This document shows, piece after piece, positions 51,104-64,000 of a DNA stretch of 64,000 nucleotides (position 1 is the first letter of the stretch; each line of letters begins with the position of its first letter). The notes beneath the pieces are model-generated. The model did not search any database. It was not told where the DNA came from and worked only from the letters and a program-made list of their open reading frames with translations. Made by a program: the position numbers and the translations under genes. The stretch covers positions 248,001-312,000 of the forward strand of contig NW_026250426.1 in assembly GCF_024521635.1 (NCBI RefSeq), given 5' to 3'. The stretch is from Tricharina praecox. Taxonomy: Eukaryota.

Positions 51104-54100
51104 ATGGGACTGATGGACTACTTCCGCAACAAAGCTTCGTCGAAAGCAGCCGCATCGAAGGAGAAGAAAGAGAAAGAAGCGTCGAGTCCAGTGCAGCTGC
51201 TACCGCCGCCGCAGCTGGGAATGCTCAGTGGGAACAGCTCGGGTATCGTGAGTACGGTTTCGTCGACGTTCGTGGATGATATCAAGCATGAGGTCATGGT
51301 CAATTACCTGTTTCAGCAGCAAGCGGCGATGATGTGGGGAAATCCCATGGACCGGAATAGTTACTACGGAGCTGCGAGCGTCAGTGGAGCAGAGGAGGGA
51401 GTGTTGCTGAGAAAGAGCAAGGGGTACTATTTGGGGTGCCCGCCGGAGCTGGCGAGGGGGACGCTCGCCGAGGCATGTACGGCTTTGAACATTCAAGTAT
51501 TTCCCCACCCGTGTACTTTGCTGCGGGGTTCCGGTGTGATTGGAGCTGAAAATTTCGTCTCGGCAGGTCGCAATGACCATTCACTCGCGAGTCGTCAAGA
51601 CATTCCTCCAGTGGTCGCCGGATGCTGTGGATGTCCCGCTACTCAATGGCCTGCGCATCCAAATCCTACCCACATTGGCGGATCTCCCGCGAGCGCGAAA
51701 GTACCAATTCGCCGCTTTCATTGCCGACACAGCGCTACTGATCGTCTGGGACGATGACGCACTCAACATCATTGCGCGAGCGAAGCAGATCGAGAACGAG
51801 CTCATGCAGCTCGTGTGGAGGGTTCCCGGCACCGACGGAGAAGACGAAGTGAAGGAGGCCAAGCTTGCGCAGGCGTCGATGGAAGAGGTCGTGATCGACG
51901 AGGAGAGCGGTGAACTCGGGTACCGGGAACGAAGGCCAACGATGCTGCTGAATACCATTCTCGTTGCGCTCACGCTGACACTGGTCTTCTGTATGTTGGG
52001 TGCTGGATGGAGGCAGATTGCGATTCAGACGGCGGTTGATGGGAATTACATGCGCATGGCATTCATTGCGTTGACACCGATTCAGGTGTTCTTCACCCTG
52101 GTAAGCTCTGTGACTCCTTGAAAGGACTAACAGGATTGAGCTGACGGCGGGTCAAGTTCTTTGCGCAGGTCATAGTTGGCTGTTTGGCACAGTGCTTCGG
52201 CCCCGTCTCGCAGCTGACCGTTAACTCCAAATATTACTCGGCGAAACCACCGCCGAGAATTCGGACTCCAACTCTGCCGCACGTCACCATTCAATGCCCT
52301 GTTTACAAGGAGGGTTTGGAGACCGTCATCGCTCCCACGATGAAGTCCATCAAGCAGGCTATTTCAACCTACGAGCTGCAAGGCGGGACTGCAAACATCT
52401 TCATCAATGATGATGGATTGCAGCTTGTTAATCCAGAGGAGAGGCAGGCAAGAACCGAATTTTACTCTGACCACAACATTGGCTGGGTTGCGCGGCCAAA
52501 GCATGGAGAGGATGGTTTTCTGCGACGCGGAAAGTTCAAAAAGGTACTGTGGTTCATTCATTCGATTACTCAACAGCGACGTTGGAAGAAAGTTTTAAAC
52601 GGCTAGGATGATCTCAATTGCTTTTTGCGTTGTATCGATAGCACTGGCCAACGGTCGTTGTTGTGTGACCACGGCCGCTGTTGATCTGGTTGGGATCTGC
52701 AGTTCCCTGCAAGCGACAAGGCAAAGATAGCATGCGATTGACTAACGCATTTTCGGTCTAGGCCTCGAATATGAACTACGCCCTCATGATCTCCTGCAAA
52801 GTCGAGGAGAAGCTTGCTGAAATTGAGCGCGGCGAGACCTGGACGCAGGCGCAAGAAGCACAGGCGTACGAGCGATGCCTCAAAGAAGTCCTCGAGGAAA
52901 ACGGAAGGGCTTGGGCAGACGGCAACGTACGTGTGGGAGACTACATTCTGCTCAGTAAGTCGCCATCTCTCCCTCTTTCCATCCATTGTCCGTTGTTCTG
53001 TTTTACGTTGTTTTACTTTTCTAACGGAGATGCACATATGTAGTTGATTCTGATACTCGTGTTCCATCCGATTGCCTCCTAGACGCCGCTTCTGAAATGG
53101 AACGATCACCGGAGGTCGGCATCATGCAGTTCAACTCCGGCGTCATGCAAGTCGTCAACCATTACTTTGAAAATGGAATCACCTTCTTTACGAATCTCAT
53201 CTACACGGCTATCCGCTACACCGTGGCCAACGGCGATGTCGCCCCTTTCGTCGGACACAATGCGATCCTTAGGTGGTCGGCGATCCAGCAGGTATCCTAC
53301 ATGGACGAAGATGGCTACGAAAAGTTTTGGTCGGAATCACACGTGTCCGAAGACTTTGACATGTCCCTGCGTCTTCAGTGCAACGGTTACACCATCCGAC
53401 TCGCGGCATACACGGGAGATGGCTTCAAGGAAGGGGTTTCGCTTACTGTGTACGACGAGCTTGCGCGTTGGGAAAAATATGCGTACGGCTGCAACGAGCT
53501 ACTTTTCCATCCCCTCCGCTTCTGGCCAGTCCGTGGACCCTTTACCCCACTGTTTCGCAAATTTCTGTTCTCCAACATCCGTATGACGAGCAAGATCACC
53601 ATCATCTCGTATATCGGTACCTACTATGCCATCGGTGCCGCTTGGATCATGACTACAGCCAACTACTTTGCGATAGGCTGGTTCAATGGTTACCTCGACA
53701 AGTACTACATTGACTCTTGGAAGGTGTGGTTTTCCATCGTCATTGTATTCAATCTGCTCGGAAACGTTGCCCTCGCCGTCATGCGTTACCGAACTGCCGA
53801 GAAGAGCTTTTTTGGCGCGCTGATTGAGAACTTCAAATGGGTGTTTCTCCTGGCCATTTTTCTGGGTGGGCTCTCGCTGCACGTGTCGCAAGCGCTACTG
53901 GCGCACATGTTCGAGATTAACATGTCCTGGGGCAGCACTTCAAAGGAAGTCGAGTACTCAAACTTCTTCATTGAAGTGCCCAAGGTGCTGCGAAAGTTCA
54001 AGTTTTCATTCGCCTTCAGTACACTCGCGATCACCGCCATGATTGTATTGGCGACGGGAACCAGCTTCATACCGGATTCATGGATGATTCGAGACTTCGT

Positions 54101-54188
54101 GGCAATACTACCCATGGCTACCGTCGCGGGCAGCCACATGCTACTTCCGATTGCGCTGAATCCGGCTTTAATGACGTTTCAGTGGTAG
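51104..54188 (+). CDS. Processive membrane-embedded family-2 glycosyltransferase (cellulose-synthase-like), 5 exons
   Basis: Introns 51497-51566, 52101-52156, 52544-52761 and 52955-53043 give one frame. Motifs PVYKE, NDDG, KKASNMN, IDSDT, VGHNA, VSEDF and ELARW (QxxRW variant). Two N-terminal and ~5 C-terminal TM helices. Confidence 0.93.
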
Positions 54189-55773
54189 TTTTTTCCCCCT
54201 TTTCCTCATTTTGCTAGTTTGAATTGTTTAGCGATTTTGAGGTCCTTTTCTCCTTTTTGTTTCTCTCCCTTTTCTTTCATCATTCCTTACTTTAGTCGGC
54301 ATGTTTTCGGTGTTTCTTGTCGTGTCTACGAGCTTTTAGTTCATGGTTTCTCACTCATTCATTCACTCTCCATGGTTTTTTTCTCATTTGGATCGGGGGT
54401 ATATAAACGGTCGGTTGTCTGGTGTTTTTCTTTTCCTTTTACTGTCTCTCTCTCTTCTTGTGATTTTTGCTTTAGTAAGCTTTAGGTAGGGGACAGCATC
54501 GTGAGCGGCCATTTGTGGTTCGGTTCCGATTGCGGGCGTTTGCAACTAGGTTACTTAGGTTAGGTATGCTAATATTCGTAGTGGATTGGGGACGGAGAAT
54601 AAAGGGGGGGATGGGGGAGGAGAGGGGAAGGGAGATGGGAGATGGGGGAATGGAATCGGTGGGATGTATGTAGGTGGTTAGGTCAACTGCAGTTGTGGTG
54701 GGAGGTTAGGTAAGGATGAGGGCGTGTCGAGATTCGAGGGGGTGGTGCGGCGGACAATAGATATACATGCTTCATTGGCATCTGGATCTCGGTGTTGCCC
54801 ACATGCTGAGTGGCAAAATACGAGTCTCCGGGGAAGTCGCGTGTTTGCCGGATCTTGGAGCCAACCTACTCGGTGGGGAAACATCGGTTTCCGGGGCCTG
54901 GAAACGTAATTTCCTGTGGTGAGTGTAATTGGGGAGTAAAACTCCACTCGCCGTAGTACTATGCATGCGATCATGACATTCGGCGAGCACCAGTACTTAT
55001 GCGTTCCTCCACTTCTGTGAAAGCAAATATCGGTATTTCGTATCCGACTTGCCGGCCATGTCGATGTCCCTTCCCATTCAAACAGCAGGGTGGGCCGGAG
55101 GAGAAGCACCGACCACGAGTCACGGAGGCCATCAGAAGCAGGACGAGGTCGCGGATTTGACTCTTTTGAGCGGGTCGGTGGATGAGCGAGTGATATCCAA
55201 TGCCCGACCTCATTAGTGATTACACGCTTCAAATGCGGCTATCGGGTATGACAGTCTCGACGCGGATATGCGCAAGGGTGGCTATGGTGATGGTCGATGT
55301 CACCAGTAGGGGGTAGAATGTACAAAACATCTCTACCTCTTTCGGTTTCTATTGGGGCTGAGGTTCTTGCAAGCACGCGGTATTTGCTGTGGCAGTCGGT
55401 GGTGTTCTTACATATCTCTGTCTCTATGCATAATCCGGAGAAAGGGGTACATCTGGACCGGAAATTGTTCCGTGAGCAGCGAATAACTACTCGATATACC
55501 GTCAACAGACCGTCCGGCGTTCTCGTTAGGCAGCAGGCAGTCATATGTACATACCCAGTAGACTAACCGCGGTTTCACATAGAGCACCCAGGCACCGCCC
55601 AATTGTGATAAGGAGTGACGTGCTCACTGCTCAGTCCCATTCTACACGCCCTGGCGTGAGCACTCGCAATCGGTATCTTTGTCAACGCTCGCTTACGAGA
55701 CCCAGTTAAAGTCTTCAACAAGCCCCCCTCCCCCCCCCCGGAGAGGGTGAAGACCGAATCCATACACAGAACT

Positions 55774-57484
55774 ATGACTGAACACAAACCGCCATCGTGC
55801 AACGCAAAGACACCAGTGCAGTTCGACGGCTGGGAAGACTACCCGTGGGCTTTGCAGACTACGATTCGATTTTTATGGACACGGCCTGCTGGAGTGCCCC
55901 CGGCCCCGAGCTCTTCGTGGCCTATTCGGATCCGCTGCAGATTGAGATTCTCGATTTTTACAGTAAATACTTCTTGCAAAAATGTTGGATGTGAACTGTA
56001 GCTTAAATACTGATAGCGGCCAGCCTCGGATCGAGAGACGTTCGTTGCAGAGTTTACAACCGCACAAGACGTTGAAAACCACCTTTTGCTCACGGAGGCA
56101 CCAAGGACTAGGGTTATGTAAGTTGTAACTAAGGCCTGGCCGAATTTCCTTATGAGATTGCATCTGACGTCTCGTGGCCATAGTTCCATCTCGCAAGCCA
56201 ACCGGTCTTTGCCCCTCGGAGTCACAGAGGAGTTGATGCGCAAGATTCTGGTGTTCTACCGAGTAACTCCGGATTTCCTTGAGTATCTCCTGGCGTACCG
56301 GGAGAAAGATCTACCCTCGGAAGCCGCGGGAGCTAGCATACCGGTGCAATGAAAGCCGCTTGCTATCTGCTTAAGTGCGCCGAGGAGAATGGACGGGCGT
56401 GGGGAGACCCGTGGTCCATACGGCGGACAGGATTGTATCATCATATTGATCCAGACACAAGGTCCAATATCGTCATTTTGCTGCATCCAGTCCCGAAAAG
56501 CAAAGCACAGGAGAGAATTCGTGCATTTGTTTCCTTGAAAGGGTCTCAGTCCATAGCTGTGCATCCGCTGAGCGTGCAGCTGTTGCTTCTGTCGACTTAC
56601 CTCACGCACTGGAGGGCGTATCTACGTGATCTCGGACGAGAATTCGTCTCTATGGTGAGGAAATCACGAGTTCCAACGTCGTTCTCCAGATGATTAACGC
56701 AGACGCAGCAAAGTGCGGCTATGACGGTCGAGTTGCTGGATAACGAGACGGAATACGCCCGGTGCTTCGACACACTGACGGAACTGCGACATCTCGAAAC
56801 GAAGATCGCAGCGTCAACACCCATCATGGCAGCAACACTGCCGACACTTCGCTCGCTGGAAGACTTGAACCGAAACCTACACCGCTCAGGCGCCGTCGGC
56901 GAGAAGGGCTTCTCCCAGATTGCCGATCGGCTGTCGTTTCACATTTCCCGGCTAGAGGGATACCTAATCAGTGCAAAGGCACTACAGCAGCGCTCACAGG
57001 GCACAACAGAAATGGTGAGATCGTGGGATACCATGCCACTCCTTGCGGGTAGTTACGTTGTTGACTGACGTTTCCTCATAGCTCGCGGACCATTTGAACC
57101 TGAGGGCCCAGGAAAGCGCTATGCGGATCAACCGTCGAATACCCGAGTTGACGAAAGAAACTGCCGATGATAGTGCCGCTGTCCGCATAGTGACCCTGGT
57201 GGCGCTGATATGCCTTCCGGCAACGTTTGTTGCGGTGAGCTGTACCCTCTTCCCTCACAGCACGAAGTTTGGTCCTGATATATCTCCTCATACAGACCGT
57301 GTTGGGCATGAATCTTTTCGAGCTGGACGAGTCCGAGCCGGGTAGTCCTGGCAGAACTCTGTTGGTGACGGCGAATGAGTTGTGGATTTACATCGCAAGT
57401 TCGGTGCTTTTGACTGCGTTCACCGTGGGATCTTGGATTGCGTTGTCTCGCAGACAAAAGTTGGTAAGATCGCGGCAGCTGTAA
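55774..57484 (+). pseudogene. Fungal CorA-like domain gene, apparently frameshifted
   Basis: C-terminal IVTLVALICLPATFVA-TVLGMN..LWIYIASSVLLTAFT (CorA-type TM pair) plus CYLLK..E..DPWSIRRTGLYH. There is a frame break at 56349-56352 with no phase-compatible intron, and a likely second break near 55855-55880. Confidence 0.65.
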
Positions 57485-58003
57485 AAGAGGGGAAGGAAGC
57501 GGAAGCCATACATACGACATTCTAGCTCATAAAGGGTATAATTCTTGGGCAAGCCAGACCATTTCGCGATCAATGGCCAAGTCTGATGGTGGCCGTCATT
57601 CTTTGTGAGTATAGTTGCAAGTGACCAGATGTTGCTACAAACATGACTCTGAGGCCCATTATCATGTGTTTGGCTGTGGCTCCGGCTGCACCAGCTCTGG
57701 GAAACGAGTGCTGCCAATTTTTCTCAGCCAGCTGTAGATATATTGGGTAGCCATTGATATGTCCACCATTGGTACATACACGGCTCGGTCCGAAACAAAT
57801 GGCTGCAAGCGTGACTCGGCTGAGAACAGGCTGAGCTCAGCCGCACCTTAAGCGAGCTGATGACTCATCCTTGTATTTCCGTGGTTCTTTTCCATGAATG
57901 GCGGGGTGGTGGGGCAACGCGAACTAGGGATGGACGTCACTTCTCCCCGCCTAACCTTTAAACCTGACGCTCCCCATCTGATCGCACATCCACACGACCA
58001 ACC

Positions 58004-61000
58004 ATGAAGGAGGCAGTACTGTTCATGCACCATGTCGACAAAGACCCTCAAGAAGCCAAGCGAATTGCACAGGACACTGCAAAACGTGAGTAGCCAGCAT
58101 AGTGACCCATGTTTTGTTCCTCAACGCTGATGCTGATGCGGAAAGGTAAGGTATCGAGAGCCGGGAATTCAAGCTACTCGAGGTAGTACAGTCGCTCGGG
58201 GAATACCTTACGGATGACGATACCACCGTTCGTGCGAAAGCGATCGGATATCTTGCGGCAGTACTCGGCGAGCTGAGCCCGAAATCTCTCTCGAGGCAAC
58301 ACCTTCCGGTCATCACACAGTTCCTATGCGATCGCCTCGAAGATGAGACGGGTTTGAAGGAGGTCGCATCTGGCCTGGCGTCGTTGACAAAGATGCACCA
58401 CTTTGATAGCGACCAGGCCACTAAGGTGGCTACCGCGCTGATCACCGTTGACCTGCCAAAGCATCCGCCTACGACTCGCTTCATGGTGCTTACACTTGTG
58501 GATGCGTTGATGTCGGGATACCGGGACTCGTTGAAGGCTATGGGGGACAAGTTTGTTACCGGTCTAGCCGACATGATCGGTGGTGAAAAGGACCCGAGGA
58601 ATCTGATGATCGTGTTTTCGGTGATGAAGGTGGTGCTGGTAGAGTTTGACATTGTGCGACATACAGAGGTGACATGCCCTTCATCCAACCGATCCCAGGA
58701 GGTAGGCTAACTGATAAAATGTAGTTGATGTTCGACGTCGTATATTGCTATTTCCCCATCACTTTCCGGCCTCCTCCGGACGATCCTTACAAGATCACCG
58801 CGAACGATCTGAAGGTCAGATTACGAGAGTGCATCGCTTCGACACATTACTTCGCCGGGCAAGTTTTCCCGGCGTTGATAGAAAAGCTCGACTCGACATC
58901 ACTGAACGTCAAGCTTGATGTACTGCAAACAATGACGGCATGTGCTCTTTCCTACGGCCCCACGACAATATCTGCGCAAAGCTCTCAGCTATGGGACGCC
59001 GTCAAATTCGAGATACTCAATTCCGCAGCGGATGATGAAATGGCCAACGCAGCGCTGGATGTATTGAAGGCGGTTGCGTCGTCCCTATCTACGGGATTGA
59101 CGATCTCGCCGCCTCCAACCGTCCCACTTGCACGTTACTTGAAATCCATCATTAAGGAATGCCTTGAGCTTCTCAAGGAGCCGCAACAAAAGCAAGCGAA
59201 ACCGGCGGGGCAGATCCTTGCAGCCGTGGCAACTGCCAGTGCTCCTGCGCATGCCTTCGTGATTCAGAGCACTCTGCCGGCACTGCTACTCATCTACTCG
59301 GATGCGGGCGCAATCGCCAAACAGAGAGCTCTGATGCAGTGCTTGAACCGATTCTTCGATTCTTCAGTGGCGATTTACGGAGCTTGGACCGATGCCATAC
59401 CATCGCCAGCCATCGAGAACCCACTGGATCTTCACAAAGAAAAACTTTTCCAGATCTACTCGCAAGCACTGATGGGAAGCAACAAGGATGAAAAAAGCTT
59501 CCGTCAGACGGCCATGAGGGGCCTGGGGAAACTATGCAACATCCGGCAGTTTTTGGAAGACAGCGAGATCGGAATGGTCGTACAGTACCTCGACGAAATT
59601 GCACTCGACCAGACAGAGAAGGAGGATATCCGTGACGAAGCATTGCAGAACCTCAGGACGATATCAAAGTTCAAGAGCGCATTGATCATGCAAATCACAT
59701 TCCCGGCATTCATGGCTCGGTTGCCTGACTCGGAGGAAGAAAGCAGGGAGGACAATAAGCCATATGTTGGAACACTGGAGGCGCTGGCGAAGCTTAGTTT
59801 TGAGAGGCCTGTTTTCGAGGTGCTCTTGACACGGCTGCTTAACAAGCTCGAGATTGTTCTTCACAGTGAGTTCGTTCCGTCAGGTAGTTGAAACGTATAG
59901 TGCTAATCTGTGAGTGGTAAGGCGGATCGGGCCCAGAATATCCTCGTGCTATACTGTCTACACTCCTGTATGTGCTCCAGCAGAAGCCTCAGAGCGCACT
60001 GGAGGACACGAATGTGTACTACAATCGCCTTATACCTCCTCTCTTGACGAAGACCCTTGTTTCCCTAGTGGCAGGGGGTAACGGTGATTCGGCAGTTTTG
60101 GCGGACGATGGTGTGCTCGACATCACAGGCCGGCTTGTACGGATCATCACCCGGGATCTGGACACCCAGCAACAGACCATGATTGTCAATAATATCTTGG
60201 AGCTCTTCGTGAACCACAACCCCAGCGATATCATAACCGAGAAGGCCGACATAGTCGCCAACAACTTCCGGCCCATGCTCAAGGATGCAGACAAGCAAGT
60301 CGCCGGCTCCATGGTGATTTTTGCAAGTGTTCTTGCCGCTGTACCCAGAGACATTCCCTTGCCCGTCGAAAGCCTTGTTGGTCTCCTCCGGCAGACTGTA
60401 GAGCTCGCTCAAGCTCCAAAGTCTGCCGCGCACAGGCTGGCATTATTAAGGATCATCGGCTTGCTAGTAAACAAATGGGTCAAGGACCCCGCCGACTCCG
60501 CGCAAGTGAAGGAAATCACCGAGAACCTTCTATCATCCATCACCTCTACATCCTCCCCCCTCTCCGAAGAAATTCGAGGCGAAACTCTCCGCATCGTTTT
60601 CTGGCTCGCCAAAGCCCTTCTTCTCCGCGCCGACAAGTTCGGAATGGACGTGACACTCTCGTTGGTCGACATACTCGCGCACCCAACGTTCGGCGCCATT
60701 GCTGCTAGAGGCTTTGCGGTTCTCCTCAGCGAGGACGAGCTGCTGAACAAGGAAAACCATGCGGTAGTGCGCATGCTCTACAAGCAGCGGACGTTCGCCA
60801 CATGCGTGCCAAAGCTCGTTGACGGCTTCAAATATGCCGACTCCAGTACGTCCCCTTCACCCGTCCCTCCCTCCTAGCCTACTAACAAAACTAGGCATAA
60901 AACCCAACATTCTCCTCGCCCTCTCTTCGATCCTCCGCTCAGTCCCCTCTCCCATCATCACCCCATCCCTGCCCTCGCTCCTTCCGCTCCTTCTCCAATC

Positions 61001-61328
61001 CATCGAGCTTCCCGACGCCTCCATCAAGCTGGCGACCATTGACACCTTGCAAATCACCATTTCCGAGAGCGCAGACGTGCTGCAGGAGCACGTTTCCAGC
61101 GTCATTACGCGGCTGCTCACGGCTGGAGGTCCGCCTGCCGTGCGGATCAAGTCTCTGCGGTGCCTTAAATCGTTTCCCGGGGCTATGAGGAACGAGCTGC
61201 TCCTGCCGTACAGGAGGAAGGTGTTGAGAGAATTGGTCAAGTTCCTGGATGATAAGAAGAGAGATGTTAGGAAGGAGGCCGTCGATTGTAGGGTCAAGTG
61301 GTGGGCGCTGGGTGAGGCGGAGGATTGA
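58004..61328 (+). CDS. MMS19: MMS19/MET18 HEAT-repeat protein (CIA Fe-S targeting complex), 5 exons
   Basis: LLEVVQSLGEYLTD, GEKDPRNLM, FDVVYCYFPITFRPPPDDPY.IT..DLK..LR, LLPLLLQS, LDDKKRDVRKEAVDCR..W. Confidence 0.96.
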
Positions 61329-62422
61329 GCCTTGAGGGGTGGGATAAACGGTGATAGACGGTGATAGACTGGCAATGTGAATAGACAGAGTGCGAGCAAG
61401 TGTTTTCCAATGTGTTGTGCTCCTATCGCTCGGTCCCTATGGCTAGTATATCGCGTATACTACAAGCCGTATGACTGGATTGAACTCTGCTTCGCCACGA
61501 TACCCTGCCCGTCGTGCCACTCATCATCCAGTTATATGAGTGCACGTTATCTACTTCTATCTGCGTAGCTCCAAGGTCCGTGAATTGGTGCTCTTACCCC
61601 ATCATGTGCTAAGGATCGTGGGCAAAACGATATGTATGGCCCTCTACGCTTCGGAATATGGCGGCAACGGCAAGAAAGAAGCAGCCAGCAATCAAGCCGT
61701 ACGAGTATAGTAACTCAGGATAGCACCATAGTGGGAACGGTGGCCATGGTCCTACATAGCAGCAAAAGTAGAACCACACGCTATGATCATGAGTAGTCCC
61801 ACACAATGACCTAAACCTGTTTGTTCCCCTCCTCTCCTCTCCAATATCTGCCATTGGGGCAAAGAAAGCCAGCGCTTCTATCATACCTACAACACGGTAG
61901 TAACATTCTCTCACTCTCACTACGCTGGTTCTACAATTTAGTACAATCTCATGGAAGCCACCTCCGCCCTTCTTCCCGCCCTTCCAATCCCAAAGAAGCC
62001 TGAGCAACCCATCATCTAGAGTCAACCGCCCCACAAAAGAAACCCCGCCAAAGAGGCATAAAACAAAAAACAACAAAAGCAAAAAGAAGAAACCCCATTG
62101 GAACGCCATTTTTTCCATTTTAAATGTACACGAGTAAGGGGTGGTCAAGGTCAAGGTCAACGTAGAAAAAAACAAAAAGTTGGGTAGGACCACTACCCGC
62201 GGCAGCAGCAGCAAAAGCGGCAGCAGTCGGTGGAGGAGGCAATCATTTTTGGTGGTGGAGGGTATTGTATTGTATTGAGGTTTGAAACACACTGGGAGAA
62301 AGACTAGGCCTCCGCTACTACCACCGACAACGTATCCAATTAGTGCTCGAGCTTTAGTAGGTGACAATGATATCAGTGTGGTGGTGGTGGTGGTGGTGGT
62401 AGTGGTGGTGAGGTATGCGGGT

Positions 62423-63050
62423 TTATAAAACGCTAGATGGAAGCCCCGCGTCAGTGTGTTCAAGGCTCTGCGATAGAACCAATATACGCACCCGAGGTAG
62501 TCCTGTAGCATCTGTTAGTACGATTGTTGCGATAGAGTGATGGGCGAGAGAGACTACTGACCTCCTTAATGGATGCCGTAGCATACATCTTCCCAACATC
62601 ACTCCTGATTCCCACCAGCTTCATGCGCACATGAGCGCCCTTGTTGATGACCTGCTCACCGCCATCACTGTACGCGGGCGGATTGGCGCTCTCATCAAAC
62701 GGAATCTCTGACGGAATTGCCTGCTTGGAGACGAAGCACTGAAGCGATCCCACTTCGGCGAAGAAACCCATCTTGTTGACGTTCGTGACGACCGCATCGA
62801 CGGTTTCGCCACGGAATGGCCGGTACACAATCGCCTTGTAGTGGATCGTGAACTCGGCGTCTCCGCGCCCCGGTATTATCTTGCCCAAGGTGATCTTTTC
62901 GTGGTCGATCACACAGATGATGAAGAATTGCCCGGTACAGGATCCCTCCACGTCGTCGTGCAGCTTGTGGATTAGGTAGTCGCGCATGTGCGGGCCGAAG
63001 TACGACGGGTGCAAGGTGATGGTCTTTTCAAGCTCACGGATGAAGAACAT
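62423..63050 (-). CDS. RPB7: RNA polymerase II subunit RPB7, 3 exons
   Basis: MFFIRELEKTITLHPSYFGP..DVEGSCTG..RPFRGETVD..VNKMGFFAEVG. Two 3' introns give SIKE-DYLG-VL*. Confidence 0.96.
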
Positions 63051-64000
63051 TTCGGCTGCGGTGTGGGGTGAGATATGCCGTCGTTGGCGAGGCGCGCGGA
63101 GGTGTCGAGAGGGTTCGACTGCGTGTTCGGAGCTCTAGGAGGCGGCGCGCTGGTCGTTCAAGTAGCGACCTACTGCTGTTGCTGCTGCGCTGTTACGCTG
63201 TTGTGCTTCTGTGCTGCTAGTGGTAAGATTGATCGAGGGTCGATGGAGATCGGCGGAGTTGGTCGTAAGGTCGTGATAGGTGGCGGAAGGCAGGTAGGCG
63301 GTGATGGTAGAAACGCGTTGAGCCTTCGAGAAGGGGAGCCGACGACGATGAGGAGACCGCGAAGGAAGGAGGCGATAGTCGTCTCGTTTGGCTATTCCCT
63401 TTGGAGGTGATGGTGACCACGGCGAAGGAGGTGATGGTGACCACGGCGAAGGAGGCGATGTCGGGCGACGCGGTGGTGGTGGTGGTGGTTTGTAGTGGTG
63501 GTGGGTGCCCGTGTTGTTGGATGAGAGGGAGGGAGACGTGACAAGAGTCAGTGGTTGTTGCAGCCGCGATGGGTTTGGGTGTCACTGGCGGCGCTTCTTT
63601 TTTGCGTCCGGATAAAGCCGCAACGAACGACGAAAAGCCGTGAGGGGGACAGAGGTCGTGCTTGGGAAAGAGAAGTCGAACAGAGTGAGATAGACGTTGA
63701 TCTGAACCATCCCCATTCGAGAGCGACTCATGACGTCTGTCTGGTCTTCTTCGTATGCGAAAATCTATCACTCTCTTCCCCGACCATCGCCCGCCACGAG
63801 CACTCGGCAAATGAGGCTCTGCTGGCCACGGCAAAGTCGTCTTGCGGAGTAGCAGCGAAGCAAATAAGCAACAGCATTAAATCACCGAAATAGGCACGAA
63901 TTAACAATCAAAAGTAAAGGTCGAAGTATTGGAGAAGGAGAAAGATGAGCGGAATCAATTTCCATCGGCAAGACCGTGTTGAACAGATTGTTCCTCTCTG

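Noticed and set aside
61609..62511. 300-aa minus-strand ORF continuing from RPB7 DYLG
   Set aside because: It reads through the last RPB7 intron (GTGCGT..CTGAC..TAG) into low-complexity 3' UTR. Normal splicing ends RPB7 at 62423.

Overview
This is eukaryotic DNA from a filamentous ascomycete, judged by short GT-AG introns with CTRAC branch sites, intron-containing tRNAs and CFEM/PTH11-like genes. Placement in the Pezizomycetes is only my impression. About 19 protein-coding loci can be supported. They are two GPI-type CFEM proteins, an orphan gene built from tandemly duplicated exon+intron units, a convergent pair of tiny RING-H2-like paralogs, three F-box-like genes, a DUF7514-like protein, an RGS-LOV photoreceptor candidate, a multi-pass membrane protein, a PTH11-like receptor, an epoxide hydrolase, an atypical 6PGD homolog, an adjacent membrane-anchored GH16 and processive GT2 pair, a frameshifted CorA-like pseudogene, MMS19 and RPB7. 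RNA genes are three tRNA-Glu(TTC) and one tRNA-Val(CAC), all with introns. The strongest leads are (1) the GH16+GT2 pair as a candidate glucan synthesis/remodelling module, (2) two copies of a tRNA-shaped Pol III-like element inside ~450 bp direct repeats, (3) a 6PGD homolog with an NAD+-type fingerprint and altered phosphate-binding residues, (4) the RGS-LOV protein, and (5) intron multiplication by tandem duplication. All family calls come from recognising motifs by eye; no searches were run.
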